A stretch of 63,236 nucleotides of DNA, the filler included, from Octopus bimaculoides (taxonomy: Eukaryota): the NCBI RefSeq assembly GCF_001194135.2. It is 7 parts of 7 records of this genome, joined end to end, with 100 filler letters (N's around TTAATTAATTAA, not from the genome) between each part and the next. Parts side by side here need not be neighbours in the genome. Positions count along the whole stretch, not along the records: positions 24,482 to 34,246 come from NC_069008.1; positions 34,347 to 51,871 come from NC_068988.1; 5 more parts are not named here. One strand, given 5' to 3'. Below, one piece after another: positions 27,909 through 39,100 of the stretch. The translations under genes were made by a program, and so were the position numbers. The notes under the pieces were generated by a model. That model did no database searches and was not told the origin of the DNA. It was given only the letters and a program-made list of their open reading frames with translations. Every line of letters begins with the position of its first letter. The first letter of the stretch is position 1.

Positions 27909-30900
27909 ACGGATATATATGTAGACAGACATTCAGACATTCAGGGATGTAGCTAAACTGGCATTGTCTGTTATGGAGATGGGGGTTCCAGTTGATCAGA
28001 TCAACAGAACAGAACCGGATTGTAAGATTAATGTACAACTGGTCGAGTACTCTACAGACACACGTACCCTTAACTTTCTTGTCAGTTGTCCCTTAGTGGC
28101 TGACGATATGGTTGTGATGCCTGTGCCTGGTGTACCCTTATCAGATGGGTAGTCATGATGGGTAGATTGAGCTTTGTATATGTGTACCCCAGCATCACTT
28201 TGATGCCATGCGCTGCACTCTCAATAATAATAATAATAATAATGATGATAATAAAAATAATAATAATAATAATCCTTCCTACCAAAGGCACAAAGCATGA
28301 AATTTTGTGGGGGTGGGCAAGTCGATTACGTTGACCCCCAGTGTTTCACTGGTACTTAATTTATTGACCCCAAAAGGCTGAAAGGCAAAGTTGACCCCAG
28401 CGGGATTTGAACTCAGAACATAAAGACGGACAAAATGCTGCTAAGCATTTTGTCTGGTCTGCTAGGATTCTGCCAGCTCCCAGCTGACAATTCTCTCAGC
28501 TCCCTACCTATGATTCTGCCAGCTCCCTGCCTTAATGATAATAATAATAATATTTCATTTCAAAATAAAAAAAATTTTTTTCACTTACTGGGCAGGTGTG
28601 ACCCTGTCTTCGTACATGGAGGACACCTCGTCACCTTCGATGCCCAAATGGTCTTTAGCCTTTTTCTGTAACAGAAACATAGAAAGTACATAGAATGATG
28701 CTGCTGAGAGAGATGATGAGGTGACGAAGAAAGAGACCTTATTCTTTAAAAAAAAACAAAAACAGACATCAACATACATCTGGGGTTTCACTTCATATAT
28801 TTGCAATCTTTTCTGCTCCAGCAGTTATTTGGTCTCAATGCAGGGCAAACATGTTTCATTGATACTGATTTCATTAATATGCTGCTCCAATTAACAAATT
28901 GCTTTGTCTAAAACCTGAAAGCTTTTAACCATCGGCAGGGATCAAAAAGGTCTTCTTTACCATTCTAATAAGAATGATAATCCTTCCTACTAAAGGCACA
29001 AGGCCTGAAATTTTGAGGGAAGGGTCTAGTTGATTATACTGACCCCAGTGTTTCACTGGTATTCAATTCATTGATTCCCAAAAGGATGAAAGGCAATGTC
29101 GACCTCAGCAGAATTTGAACCCAGAATATAGCAATGGGTGAATTATTGTTAAGCATTTCGTCCAGCATGCTAACAGTTCTGCCAGCTCGCTGCCTTCATA
29201 ATAATGATAATAATAATAATCCTTTATATTAAAGGCACAAGGCCTGAAATTTAGGGGAGGGGACTAGTCGATTACATCAACCCCAGTGTGTAACTGGTAC
29301 TTAATTTATCGACCCCGAAAGGATGAAAGCAAAGTTGACCTTAGTGGAATTTTAATTCAGAACTTCGTGACAGGTGAAATATCACCAAGTATTTCGTCCA
29401 GCAATAATAATAAAAATGATGATGATGGTGATGATGATGCTGTTGAACCAAAAACAAGACTTACCTTTCTCATGATAATATCAATATATCCAGAAATGAG
29501 TTGTGAAATTTGCTCCCCCTCTGTCGTTTGAACTGAGTAATATTCATTAGAATAGTCCCCTAAATCCTGCAAGGGAAAGGGGCCAGCAGGAGGGAAAAAA
29601 GAAAAGAAAAGAAAAAAAGACAAAATATGTTAATGAAATATCATTATGATAGACTGGTGCCCCATCCAGGAGCAAATATGTCTCACATTCTTATTAACAA
29701 CATAAAGCTAGAGTTGAAGTAGAAGTCCCACTAGGTCCTGCAGATACTGGCATCACACAAATGGCACCCATGCCAGTGGCACGTAAAAGCACCCATTACA
29801 CTCTCAGAGTGGTTGATGTCAGGAAAGGCAGGAATAAGACACAAAAACAAAATCAAAGAAAAAAGACTTACCAGGGTAAAACTATTTGGGGATGGTGCCC
29901 ATCGCTTTAGTGCTGTGAGAGGCCACGTCATGATAATCTGTGGGAAAGAAATACAGGTCCAATGTTTCATTCAGTGGAATAACCATTCATGTAATAATAA
30001 TCTTTTCTATTGAAGGAACAAGGCCTGAAACTTGGGGGGGGGGGGGTGACTGGTCAATTACATTTAACTCTAGTGTTTCACAATTTGGGAGTAAAAGCTT
30101 GCAAAAAAAAAAAATAATAAAATAAAAAGATGCCTGGATTAGCTGTCATTCTCCAAGACATTGAAACAGCTTTCTTCCAAAAGCTACAAAATGTTGGCCA
30201 GCAAGTTCTGAGTAGATTCTTTGAAAGAGAAGGAGAGCTTCTAAGAAACTTTCTGTGTGGATGGTCATAGGAAAATAAAAAGAGATTTATTTGTCTCTCG
30301 TCTATTTTAAAGCAAGCAAACACATCAAAGGTAGATAAACGGTTTGGGCCGAAATGTGGGCGTCCATGCAAGAAAACAAAGGGAGATGACTGACAAGATT
30401 ACGTCCCTTGAAATACTGCACATTAAATTATATTTTTTTTCTTTCACAGCAGCTTTACATATCATTGTTTTAAGGTCCACTTTTCTATGCTTGCATGGGT
30501 CAGATGGAATTTGTTGAAGCAAATGTCCCACCTATTTCCAAGCACCATCTGCTGGTGGTGGCTGGACATGTTTTCACAGAACAAAGGACAAAGACACTTG
30601 TTTAAAACTTATGTCAAGACAAGAGAATAACACACACACAGCACAGGCTTCTTTCAGTTTCCGTCTACCAAATCCATTCACAAGGCTTTGGTCGGCCTGA
30701 GGCTACAGTAGAAGACATTTGCCCAAGCGGCACACAGTGAGACTGAACCTGGAACCATGTGGTTGGGAAGCAAGCTTCCTACTCCACAGCCACACCTAAC
30801 CTAAGTTCATTGTTTTAGGATTGAACATTTTAAAATGAGACACAAGATCAATACTGCAAAGGATTTCTTTGATAATCTTGTGATGCTGTCATGTCAATAA

Positions 30901-32622
30901 TTAATAATAATCATTTCTCTTGTTAGTACATAAGGAGGGTGGGATATGACAAGGACAGGTAACAATTTGTGTGAAGATTAACGTAAAAGGTGGGGAGAAA
31001 GAAATGTGATAAAAGTCGACATAGTATAAGGAAGGAACACTCCGTCGCTTACGACGTCGAGGGTTCCAGTTGATCCGATCAACGGAACAGCCTGCTCGTG
31101 AAATTAATGTGCAAGTGGCTGAGCACTCCACAGACACGTGTACCCTTAACGTAGTTCTCGGGGATATTCAGCGTGACACAGAGTGTGACAAGGCTGACCC
31201 TTTGAAATATAGGCACAACAGAAACAGGAAGAAAGAGTGAAAGAAAGTTGTAGTGGAAGAGTACAGCAGGGTTCGCCACCATCTCCTGCCGGAGCTTCGT
31301 GGAGCTTTAGGTGTTNNNNNNNNNNNNNNNNNNNNNNNNNNNNNNNNNNNNNNNNNNNNNNNNNNNNNNNNNNNNNNNNNNNNNNNNNNNNNNNNNNNNN
31401 NNNNNNNNNNNNNNNNNNNNNNNNNNNGCGATCCTATGACCGCGAGTCCGCTGCCCTAACCACTGAGCCATTGCGCCTCCACAAACCAAACCAATAATAA
31501 GAAGAATATGTACTTCTTTAGTTTTTTCATCCATTCTGACAACACTTTCTTTGGTGATTCCAAGTAATCGAGGAACCAGTTTATTTTTTCCTTTCATTTT
31601 TTCCTGAAAGAAACAAAGAATAAGAGATTAATTTTTAATTATATTAATAATTAATATTTAACAGACTACTAATGTTAACAAAACACACTTAATGCTACTA
31701 ACATAAATAAATTTATTTATTCATTAATAAATTATTATATAACCTCATTATGCATCTTAATTATGTAATTGTAGAGTTAATGATGTTTATCTGGATGAAA
31801 CAGCTGTTGAACAAAAACCAAACTAAACATGGAATTTATGCTGTTTTGCTTTTATTCTAAACATGTTGCTCTTGGTTGTTTTAGCTAATTATGTTTCCCC
31901 TTCAGACTTACTACAAGTAATAAATATGGGAGAATTTAATGAGGTGAGACTAATTATTGTGGATTTAATCTTTTGATCTTTCAACTTTTACTCGTTTTAG
32001 TAGTTAGACTAGGGCATCATTTCAAGATTCTTAGTTGAACACAAAGACCCTCACCCCCAGGCTTGTGGGTGCTGGTGCCACATAAAAAGCAAATCTGCCA
32101 GTGCTCTGTAAAAGCACCCAACACATTCTATAAAGTGGTTGGCGTTAGGAAGGGCATCCAGCTGCAGAAACCATGCCACAACAGACAATGGAACCTGGGC
32201 AGCTTTTCAAATGGTCAGCTCCTGTCAAACCGTCCAACCCATGCCAGCATGGAAAACAGATATTAAATGATGATGAAGATGCTATGGTGGGCTTCTTTCA
32301 GTTTCCACCTACCAAATCCAGTCACAAGGCTTTGATCAACCCAAGGCTATATTAGCAGACACTTGCCCAATGTGCCATGCAGTGGCACTGAACTTAAAAT
32401 CACGTTGATGTGGAGCAAGTGTCTTCCTGCACAGCCATATTAGCACCAATCAATTTAACAATGCCCTCAAAACAGGATTTATATTGAGAATTGTGGATTT
32501 GAGACGAAGAGACTCACCTTGACTAAGAAGAATGTGATTCCATATGTTTTAAGATCTCGGCAGCATTGTGTATATCTCACTTTGGCTTCAACATCCAATA
32601 AACCATTCTGAGTTTTGTGTTC
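24482..32622 (-). CDS. TLN: Talin, internal fragment (9 exons, 966 nt, 322 aa): end of FERM F2, F3, head-rod linker, start of rod R1; incomplete at both ends
   Basis: Manual splicing with canonical AG/GT gives one continuous frame with matching phases: EHKTQNGLLDVEAKVRYTQCCRDLKTYGITFFLVK|EKMKGKNKLVPRLLGITKESVVRMDEKTKE|IIMTWPLTALKRWAPSPNSFTL|DLGDYSNEYYSVQTTEGEQISQLISGYIDIIMRK|KKAKDHLGIEGDEVSSMYEDRVTPAQ|AFIIK...SGNVAIPAVIR...|...LPELGSDA|ASKKW...|ISSNMNEFSHDVRMLA. This is collinear with vertebrate talin as I recall it (LKTYGVSFFLVKEKMKGKNKLVPRLLGITKE; YYSVQTTEGEQIAQLIAGYIDII). Confidence 0.97.
25614..25771 (-). CDS. TLN: Talin exon (158 nt, phase 0-2): ASKKWAENELDLSKQKVTAQLSAMGAATAQLVSLTNVQEEQDATALGAAIHT(I)
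   Basis: Acceptor gtcctccag, donor gtgagt; matches ASKAWRKNKMDESKHEIHSQVDAITAGTASVVNLT. Confidence 0.93.
25930..26160 (+). mobile_element. SINE/LINE-tail repeat family 4; other copies at ~29745-29830 and ~32065-32280
   Basis: Shared GGTGCCAC.TAAAAGCACC, AAAGTGGTTGG.G.TAGGAAGGGCATCCAGCTG.AGAAACC and CCTGTCAAACC.TCCA.CC.ATGCCAGCAT; ends in a GAT-rich tail. An RTE-like tail is inference. Confidence 0.7.
26670..26869. mobile_element. piggyBac-type non-autonomous element (MITE) with TTAA target duplication
   Basis: TTAA|CCCTTTAGCATT ... AAAAGCCTAAAAGGG|TTAA with imperfect TIRs; a second left end TTAACCCTTTAGCATT lies at 26353. Confidence 0.7.
26997..27137 (-). CDS. TLN: Talin exon (141 nt, phase 0-0): SQNVREVILSKAQKALLTTIKEGLDNIDYAKTELAKKADLPELGSDA
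   Basis: Acceptor ctatttcag, donor gtaagt; matches LTSAQQALTGTI...LPPLGQDA (start of R1). Confidence 0.93.
27245..27555 (-). mobile_element. Internally deleted mariner derivative in a talin intron
   Basis: Minus strand ITGNKSWVYGFDPKTK (cf. TGDESWVY.YDPETK) fused to LKVTRFQDAEEIQENGTRQLLGIPKKEFQECFHQWKRCWIKCVASEG; 22-bp direct duplication at 27271-27292 / 27353-27374. Confidence 0.75.
27647..27827 (-). CDS. TLN: Talin exon (181 nt, phase 2-0): head-rod linker AFIIKHVDSKVDHPSSGNVAIPAVIRDAMPEGG...GQAPVQ
   Basis: Not in the ORF track. Acceptor ttccccccccag, donor gtgagc; phase completes the upstream CA|A codon; GNVAIPAVIR aligns to GSVALPAIMR. Confidence 0.9.
28272..29402 (-). mobile_element. 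Three SINE family 1 copies in talin introns (about 28272-28510, 28978-29197, 29218-29402), all sense to talin
   Basis: Each shows AGGCACAAGGCCTGAAATTTT (or a variant) and GAATTTGAACTCAGAAC (or a variant) on the plus strand, preceded by an AAT-rich tail. Confidence 0.8.
28589..28665 (-). CDS. TLN: Talin exon (77 nt, phase 0-2): KKAKDHLGIEGDEVSSMYEDRVTPA(Q)
   Basis: Acceptor tctgttacag, donor gtaagt; matches KKSKDHFGLEGDEESTMLED. Confidence 0.95.
29465..29566 (-). CDS. TLN: Talin exon (102 nt, phase 0-0): DLGDYSNEYYSVQTTEGEQISQLISGYIDIIMRK
   Basis: Acceptor cccttgcag, donor gtaagt; F3 C-terminal helix. Confidence 0.97.
29872..29937 (-). CDS. TLN: Talin exon (66 nt, phase 0-0): IIMTWPLTALKRWAPSPNSFTL
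   Basis: Acceptor ttcccacag, donor gtaagt; matches the KRWAASPKSFTL integrin-binding segment. Confidence 0.95.
31038..31482 (-). mobile_element. SINE family 2 copy in a talin intron (contains an N gap)
   Basis: Near-identical to 40177-40538. Confidence 0.85.
31514..31603 (-). CDS. TLN: Talin exon (90 nt, phase 0-0): EKMKGKNKLVPRLLGITKESVVRMDEKTKE
   Basis: Acceptor tttctttcag, donor gtacat; near-identical to the talin F3 N-terminal strand. Confidence 0.97.
32518..32622 (-). CDS. TLN: Talin exon (105 nt, phase 0-0): EHKTQNGLLDVEAKVRYTQCCRDLKTYGITFFLVK
   Basis: Acceptor ttttccag, donor gtgagt; contains the FERM F2/F3 boundary motif LKTYG.TFFLVK. Confidence 0.95.
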
Positions 32623-33403
32623 CTGGAAAACAGCAACGAGAACAAGAAGATGAAGAAGGAAAACGGTGACAATGGCAAACGGTTGTTATAATTATATGCA
32701 AACGAAGTATTGAAATAATCAAACAATTGGATAACGAATCAATTCCAAGCAGGTTTCCTTATATGTGCATATGAAGGAGGGCTGAAAAGTTCCTGGCTTT
32801 AAGGGTTTCACAAAAGGTCTGGTTGGAGGCCCAACCTTCCAAGTTCTTTTACAGGGTTTGGAAAAACTGAATGGGAGAATCTCTGTTTAGGGCTGTAGAG
32901 TCAAAACAAAAAACTGACTGACTCCTCTACTATTCGCACCTCTGACTCCGACTCCTCTTTATGTAATTAAGTGATTGTGGTCTACATATCTCATAAAGCC
33001 TATGCATGGACTCTGAGTCGGCCCCTATGTTACAACTGGTTTATATTAAAGAATAAAGGTATTGCGAGTCAGAGTCGGTATAGTTTTACTGACTCTGACT
33101 CCAGCTACTCCTTAATTGCTTCTGACTCCAACTCCACAGCCCTGTCTCTGTTCCTTGTTCTTCTGGGAAAGTCACGAACCATTGCTTGGCTTGGTTTAGC
33201 AGCAGCAGCAGCACGACCACCACCACCACCACTAGAGCCCCACCCCTCTTTTCTTTTAAAGGATATTACTGGTGCAATTTGAGGGAGTCTTGGCTAATAT
33301 TTCTAGCAGAATGAGCGACTACAAACGGCCCTTTGTTGGTTCCAGTTCGCAGACTGAGGAACAGAATATTACGAAGAGGAATGGAATGGAATCTTATAAG
33401 GGC

Positions 33404-33453
<50 letters not shown>

Positions 33454-34146
33454 ACTAAAATACTAACAGAAGGGCTGGGGTGGGAGAGTCTTTGCAAGCA
33501 TGTGAATGAAGAAAGATGACACCGCTTGTTCTTATTCAGAGAAAGCCAAACAGACAGACAGACAGACAGACAGAAGGCATATAGACCCCTGCCAACCTCA
33601 TATACACTGAAAATAAAATGGGATTACGGGGCATTCTTCACACACACACACACACTAATATAAATATATACATACATACATATCATCATCATCATACACA
33701 TCCATCCATCCAAGCACTTCTACATCCATCGACACAGTACTTATGCATATACACATACATACACTCCTAAATCTTGTAGATGTACCCCTATCTCATATAA
33801 TACACACCCTCATTTCTTATACATACAAATACACCTCTACCCCTTATACACACACAGATATACAACCCCCATCTTTGATACTTATATACATACACCCCTT
33901 ATCTCTTATACATACATACATACATATATATATATATACATACATATATATACACCACCAATCTCTTATACATGCATGACTATCCCTATCTCTGATTCAT
34001 ACATATACCCCCTTATCTTTCACACACACACACACACATACATACATATACACACCCCTCCATTATATATACATGTATACACACTGTACTAAAAGAGTTA
34101 TATACCCAGAATAATGAACACACTAGCTATGTTCCTTATGGTTACA

Positions 34147-34188
<42 letters not shown>

Positions 34189-34195
34189 TATATAC

Positions 34196-34246
<51 letters not shown>

Positions 34247-34346
34247 NNNNNNNNNNNNNNNNNNNNNNNNNNNNNNNNNNNNNNNNNNNNTTAATTAATT
34301 AANNNNNNNNNNNNNNNNNNNNNNNNNNNNNNNNNNNNNNNNNNNN
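34247..34346. other. Artificial 100-bp assembly linker
   Basis: 44N + TTAATTAATTAA (34291-34302) + 44N. Confidence 0.93.
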
Positions 34347-34704
34347 GTGTATATATATATATAGCTACAGAAATTAGGAGGTAAACCTAGCTTGATATTA
34401 ACATATAGGCAGGAAGACATACACTAGAAAATGGGTAGCACTGCAGGCACGGCCCCTTTATCAAAACTAATAGAAGTATAGCTATATGTGTATGTGTGTG
34501 CACATGTAGATGCACCTACATGTTGTTGTCGTTGGTATTGTTCTTGTTGCCGTTGGTCTTCTATTACTAGAGATACTCCTCCTGTATGTATGCACATGCA
34601 TATCTATTTGCTTGTGAGTGCATGCGTGGGTGTATGTACGTACATGTGCGTATGTGGATGTGGATATCTATATGGGTGTATGTACATGTGTATGTATATA
34701 TACG

Positions 34705-34737
<33 letters not shown>

Positions 34738-37700
34738 ATATATGTGTATGTGTATATCTGTGGGTATATCTATATGTGGGTGTGTATGCATGTATAAGTA
34801 TGTGTGCGTGTGTGTACATCTAGTTGTGTGTGTGTGTGTGTGTGTGTATTTATGTATGTATATATGTATAGGCGAGTATGTAGGTAGGTATGTAGTTGTG
34901 TACATACGAATGTAATGATAGTTGGCCACACAGTTGTGTATGTATAAATAAGTATGGGTATATGTGAGGGGACATAATGTGTAGAAGGATGTATATCTGG
35001 ATATGTATAGATGAGAATGTATTTATCCTCATTGTTACTGTTGTGGCTATAGATTTAAGAGATGTGTGGCTGCGCGCATACATATGTATATACGTACACG
35101 CACGCATGAGCATGAGTAGGGGGGGGGATATACACAGCACGCGTGTGTGTGTGTGNNNNNNNNNNTAGGCAGTTTAAAACAATAGTTGCCCAATTGGAAG
35201 GAGGAAGTTAACGGTAGTAATCAACCCTCCCCCATTAGCCGCAGAATGGTAGAGCCGTTGGAAGAGGCAACAGGATATCTTACACCGCTAAGTTTGAAAG
35301 TTTGGCATATTATTGTTGTTGTTGTTGTTGTTGTTGTTGTCACCATCATCGTCACCTTCACTGTTATTGCTACTAGAACATTAATAACTTGTATAAAATG
35401 AACTTCTACATAGAACCTTCCAATATATACAGAAATGACACACACACACTCAATAAAGCTTCCTTTCTAAAAAACACTTACAGCTTTCTAGATACGGCTA
35501 ATAGAGCTGATACCACAAACAACGTATGTGGTGGAATGTTTGCTTATAAAAACTTGTATATGCACACATGAGAGTAAGGGGACATCCGAGTAAGACTGTG
35601 CACACGAACCTACACGTATAGATGTGCATTGGAGTGCCTATAGCGACCTATCTATAATGTTTGTAGGCTTTTTGGGTGCCTTGTATTTTTAAGGGTTTTT
35701 TGACATATATTTTTATATTTTTGCATGTCCCACATGCTATACCTTCATTTATGTATTCTTTCTTACTACTATTATTATTTTTTTTCCTGCTATACCCTTA
35801 TTTGTATTTTTATTTTTATTTTTATTTATATTTTGATTTCAATTTTATTTTTTTATTTTTATTTCTATCTTATTTTTGCTGTTGTTTTTCTTCTGGTCTC
35901 TACCACACCTCTGTTTTTACCTCTTGCCCTACATCTGTATGTAACCCCTTGTGAATCTCTGAAGAGGCCTANNNNNNNNNNNNNNNNNNNNNNNNNNNNN
36001 NNNNNNNNNNNNNNNNNNNNNNNNNNNNNNNNNNNNNNNNNNNNNNNNNNNNNNNNNNNNNNNNNNNNNNNNNNNNNNNNNNNNNNNNNNNNNNNNNNNN
36101 NNNNNNNNNNNNNNNNNNNNNNNNNNNNNNNNNNNNNNNNNNNNNNNNNNNNNNNNNNNNNNNNNNNNNNNNNNNNNNNNNNNNNNNNNNNNNNNNNNNN
36201 NNNNNNNNNNNNNNNNNNNNNNNNNNNNNNNNNNNNNNNNNNNNNNNNNNNNNNNNNNNNNNNNNNNNNNNNNNNNNNNNNNNNNNNNNNNNNNNNNNNN
36301 NNNNNNNNNNNNNNNNNNNNNNNNNNNNNNNNNNNNNNNNNNNNNNNNNNNNNNNNNNNNNNNNNNNNNNNNNNNNNNNNNNNNNNNNNNNNNNNNNNNN
36401 NNNNNNNNNNNNNNNNNNNNNNNNNNNNNNNNNNNNNNNNNNNNNNNNNNNNNNNNNNNNNNNNNNNNNNNNNNNNNNNNNNNNNNNNNNNNNNNNNNNN
36501 NNNNNNNNNNNNNNNNNNNNNNNNNNNNNNNNNNNNNNNNNNNNNNNNNNNNNNNNNNNNNNNNNNNNNNNNNNNNNNNNNNNNNNNNNNNNNNNNNNNN
36601 NNNNNNNNNNNNNNNNNNNNNNNNNNNNNNNNNNNNNNNNNNNNNNNNNNNNNNNNNNNNNNNNNNNNNNNNNNNNNNNNNNNNNNNNNNNNNNNNNNNN
36701 NNNNNNNNNNNNNNNNNNNNNNNNNNNNNNNNNNNNNNNNNNNNNNNNNNNNNNNNNNNNNNNNNNNNNNNNNNNNNNNNNNNNNNNNNNNNNNNNNNNN
36801 NNNNNNNNNNNNNAAACAAACGTAGACGAGAAAACACGAGCCACATAGAGAACATTCTACTTCATCAGCTACCCACGTTTTAACACCGGCGTTTCGACGA
36901 GCTTCGGGCAGGACGCAACGTTAAAACGGCTCGTCCCATGGATCGCAGATACATATGTATATGTATATGAAGGCGCATGGTTTAGTGGTTAGTCTGTCGC
37001 AATCACATAAATACCACAGTATACATTGGCAATTCTTATGCATAAAACTTAATACACGTAGGAGTGTTATTAAAATTACTAGCGTTATCTATGGCCTAAA
37101 CATGAATCAGTTATCACTGAGAACAACAGCATCAATTGAATTCAGGATTTCTAGCTCTGATAGGTCAGAATCGAAAAAAATCTTGTGTACAGGAGACCTT
37201 ACTTGTATATGTATATTTCATTTAAGCTGCCACTTTTGGCTGTAGAATGATAACATATACCCGATTGTTCCTTTCTGAAGAAATACCCATTCAAATGTCA
37301 CGAAAATGAAATGTTATGAATCTGCTCTCCTCGCAATGAATTCATTATTCATATATCTATAATTTTAGATACATGGTAGGATGTAATATCTCGTGATACT
37401 TATACGTTTACACCGATATTAATTATATTGTGAGTTTGCATCGAGTTCCGTCGCATTTAATGTATGTAAACGGTTTGATTGATAACAATATTCAGCTCCC
37501 TGTGAAATGCTATATAATCAGTATTTCAAGTCACATAAACGGTGACTTTATTATGAGATCAGAAGTTTTATATTATATTCTCATTTGCTTCATTCCTTGA
37601 TTCTATGGAATTCTCTGAGCGGTTTTCCGTTATCACTGAAACATTATCTGTAAGTTCTACAACCAAAAATGAGCAATGTGAAAGTTTTAACCGACATGAT

Positions 37701-38090
37701 CACCCCTAATAGAAGACTGCTGCACAAAGCTATTCATCTAAGAATATTTTATTGTCTGTAGGTGTCCTGTATATGTTTTGATATCCGAAGATTACCAAAA
37801 TATTTTTAAATGAATCACGATGGAATTACATTTGCAGACTACGACAAAATGTTTGAGACGTACCTATAAAACGCTTTAGTAAATATTTTTATATACAAAT
37901 AAGGGTATACAAATAAGGGTATAGCAGGAAAAAAAATAATAATAGTAGTAAGAAAGAATACATAAATGAAGGTATAGCATGTGGGACATGCAAAAATATA
38001 AAAATATATGTCAAAAAACCCTTAAAAATACAAGGCACCCAAAAAGCCTACAAACATATGGTCATACTTGTATTACTTAAGAAATTATTG

Positions 38091-38175
<85 letters not shown>

Positions 38176-38177
<2 letters not shown>

Positions 38178-38615
38178 GTTTGATTTTGCTTTGTATTTGT
38201 ACAAGTTGACTCCAAGTCTCACCCAGAGACCTCAAGAGAAAACAAGTTAGAAGTCGATACTGGTGTTTTGCCTAGGGTTTATTTGGTTTTTCACATAGTA
38301 CTGTTCTAGAGGATGCTTACGAAAACAAGAAAATTATGAGTTTGTTTTAAAATTTTAGAGTACATAGAAAGAATTTTTCGTAGGATATGGGCAGTGCCCT
38401 TTAACACTATGTTTCGAATTCTGCCATTTTGGGGTTTCCTGGTAGTTGAGCTAGGTAGGAATGAGCCCCTTTTGCTATCATTTCTAGGGCACCTTTGACA
38501 ACAGGTATTATTTTAGTCTTGAGGTTCCACATTTTGTCATTTTCTATTTCAAAATCTTTATACTTGCTCAGTTTTTTGGTAAATGTTGAGAGAGACATTT
38601 ATGTCGATTGGGACA
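38176..38615 (-). mobile_element. 3' end of an R4/Dong-type LINE with (TAA)n tail
   Basis: Minus strand KLSKYKDFEIENDKMWNLKTKIIPVVKGALEMI and GTAHILRKILSM*, then a short UTR running into (TAA)n at 38094-38175. Confidence 0.8.
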
Positions 38616-38834
38616 GTCATATGAATAAGAGGGAAGTCCGCATCTATCTTTTGTTCGAAAGGTGAAGTTTCAGAGGTGTGAGATTTGATCATTTTCAAGC
38701 ACTGGAGATGGTTTGTGTTCCCACTAGTTTTTATCATGGGGCAGGTCCAGTTTGCAAATTAGCCAGTTTTTATCATGGGGCAATTCCATGTTGCAAATTA
38801 CGCAGTGAATATATTGTGCTGCTCAATCATGCCA

Positions 38835-38870
<36 letters not shown>

Positions 38871-38899
38871 TGTATATAAGCAACTGTATATGCATCTAT

Positions 38900-39100
38900 A
38901 AAATACACAGATATATTTGTGACCAAACCATCCAAATTTTTTTCTCCGTGTTTTTCTCCTTGTTTTCTCCGTATTCTTTCTGTTAAAGAGCGTAGCTCGA
39001 AACGTTAAAGACTTTCTGTATTCCCGAGCGTTAAACTAATACCTCCTTTTGTCGTTTACACCACCTGTCCTCGTCTGTTGTTTTTTTCGTAAATTCTTCC
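38900..39100 (+). mobile_element. Penelope-like terminus (family B) with a variant hammerhead-like motif; other copies at ~2600-2775 and ~51795-51871 (tail only)
   Basis: Shared blocks GAGCGTA(G)GCTCGAAA, TTCCCGAGCGT.AAACTAATAC and TTTACACCACCTGTCCTCGTCTGTT..CGTAAATT, ending in (TA)n. Confidence 0.55.

Noticed and set aside
33105-33355. ~83-codon open frame on the minus strand upstream of the first talin exon
   Set aside because: No resemblance to talin F2 (expected FLDLKEFLPKEY-like sequence), ends in a stop, and includes trinucleotide repeats.
24482-34246. miR-190 expected in a talin intron
   Set aside because: No (A/U)GATATGTTTGATAT match seen on either strand here; the host intron is probably in the missing part of the gene.
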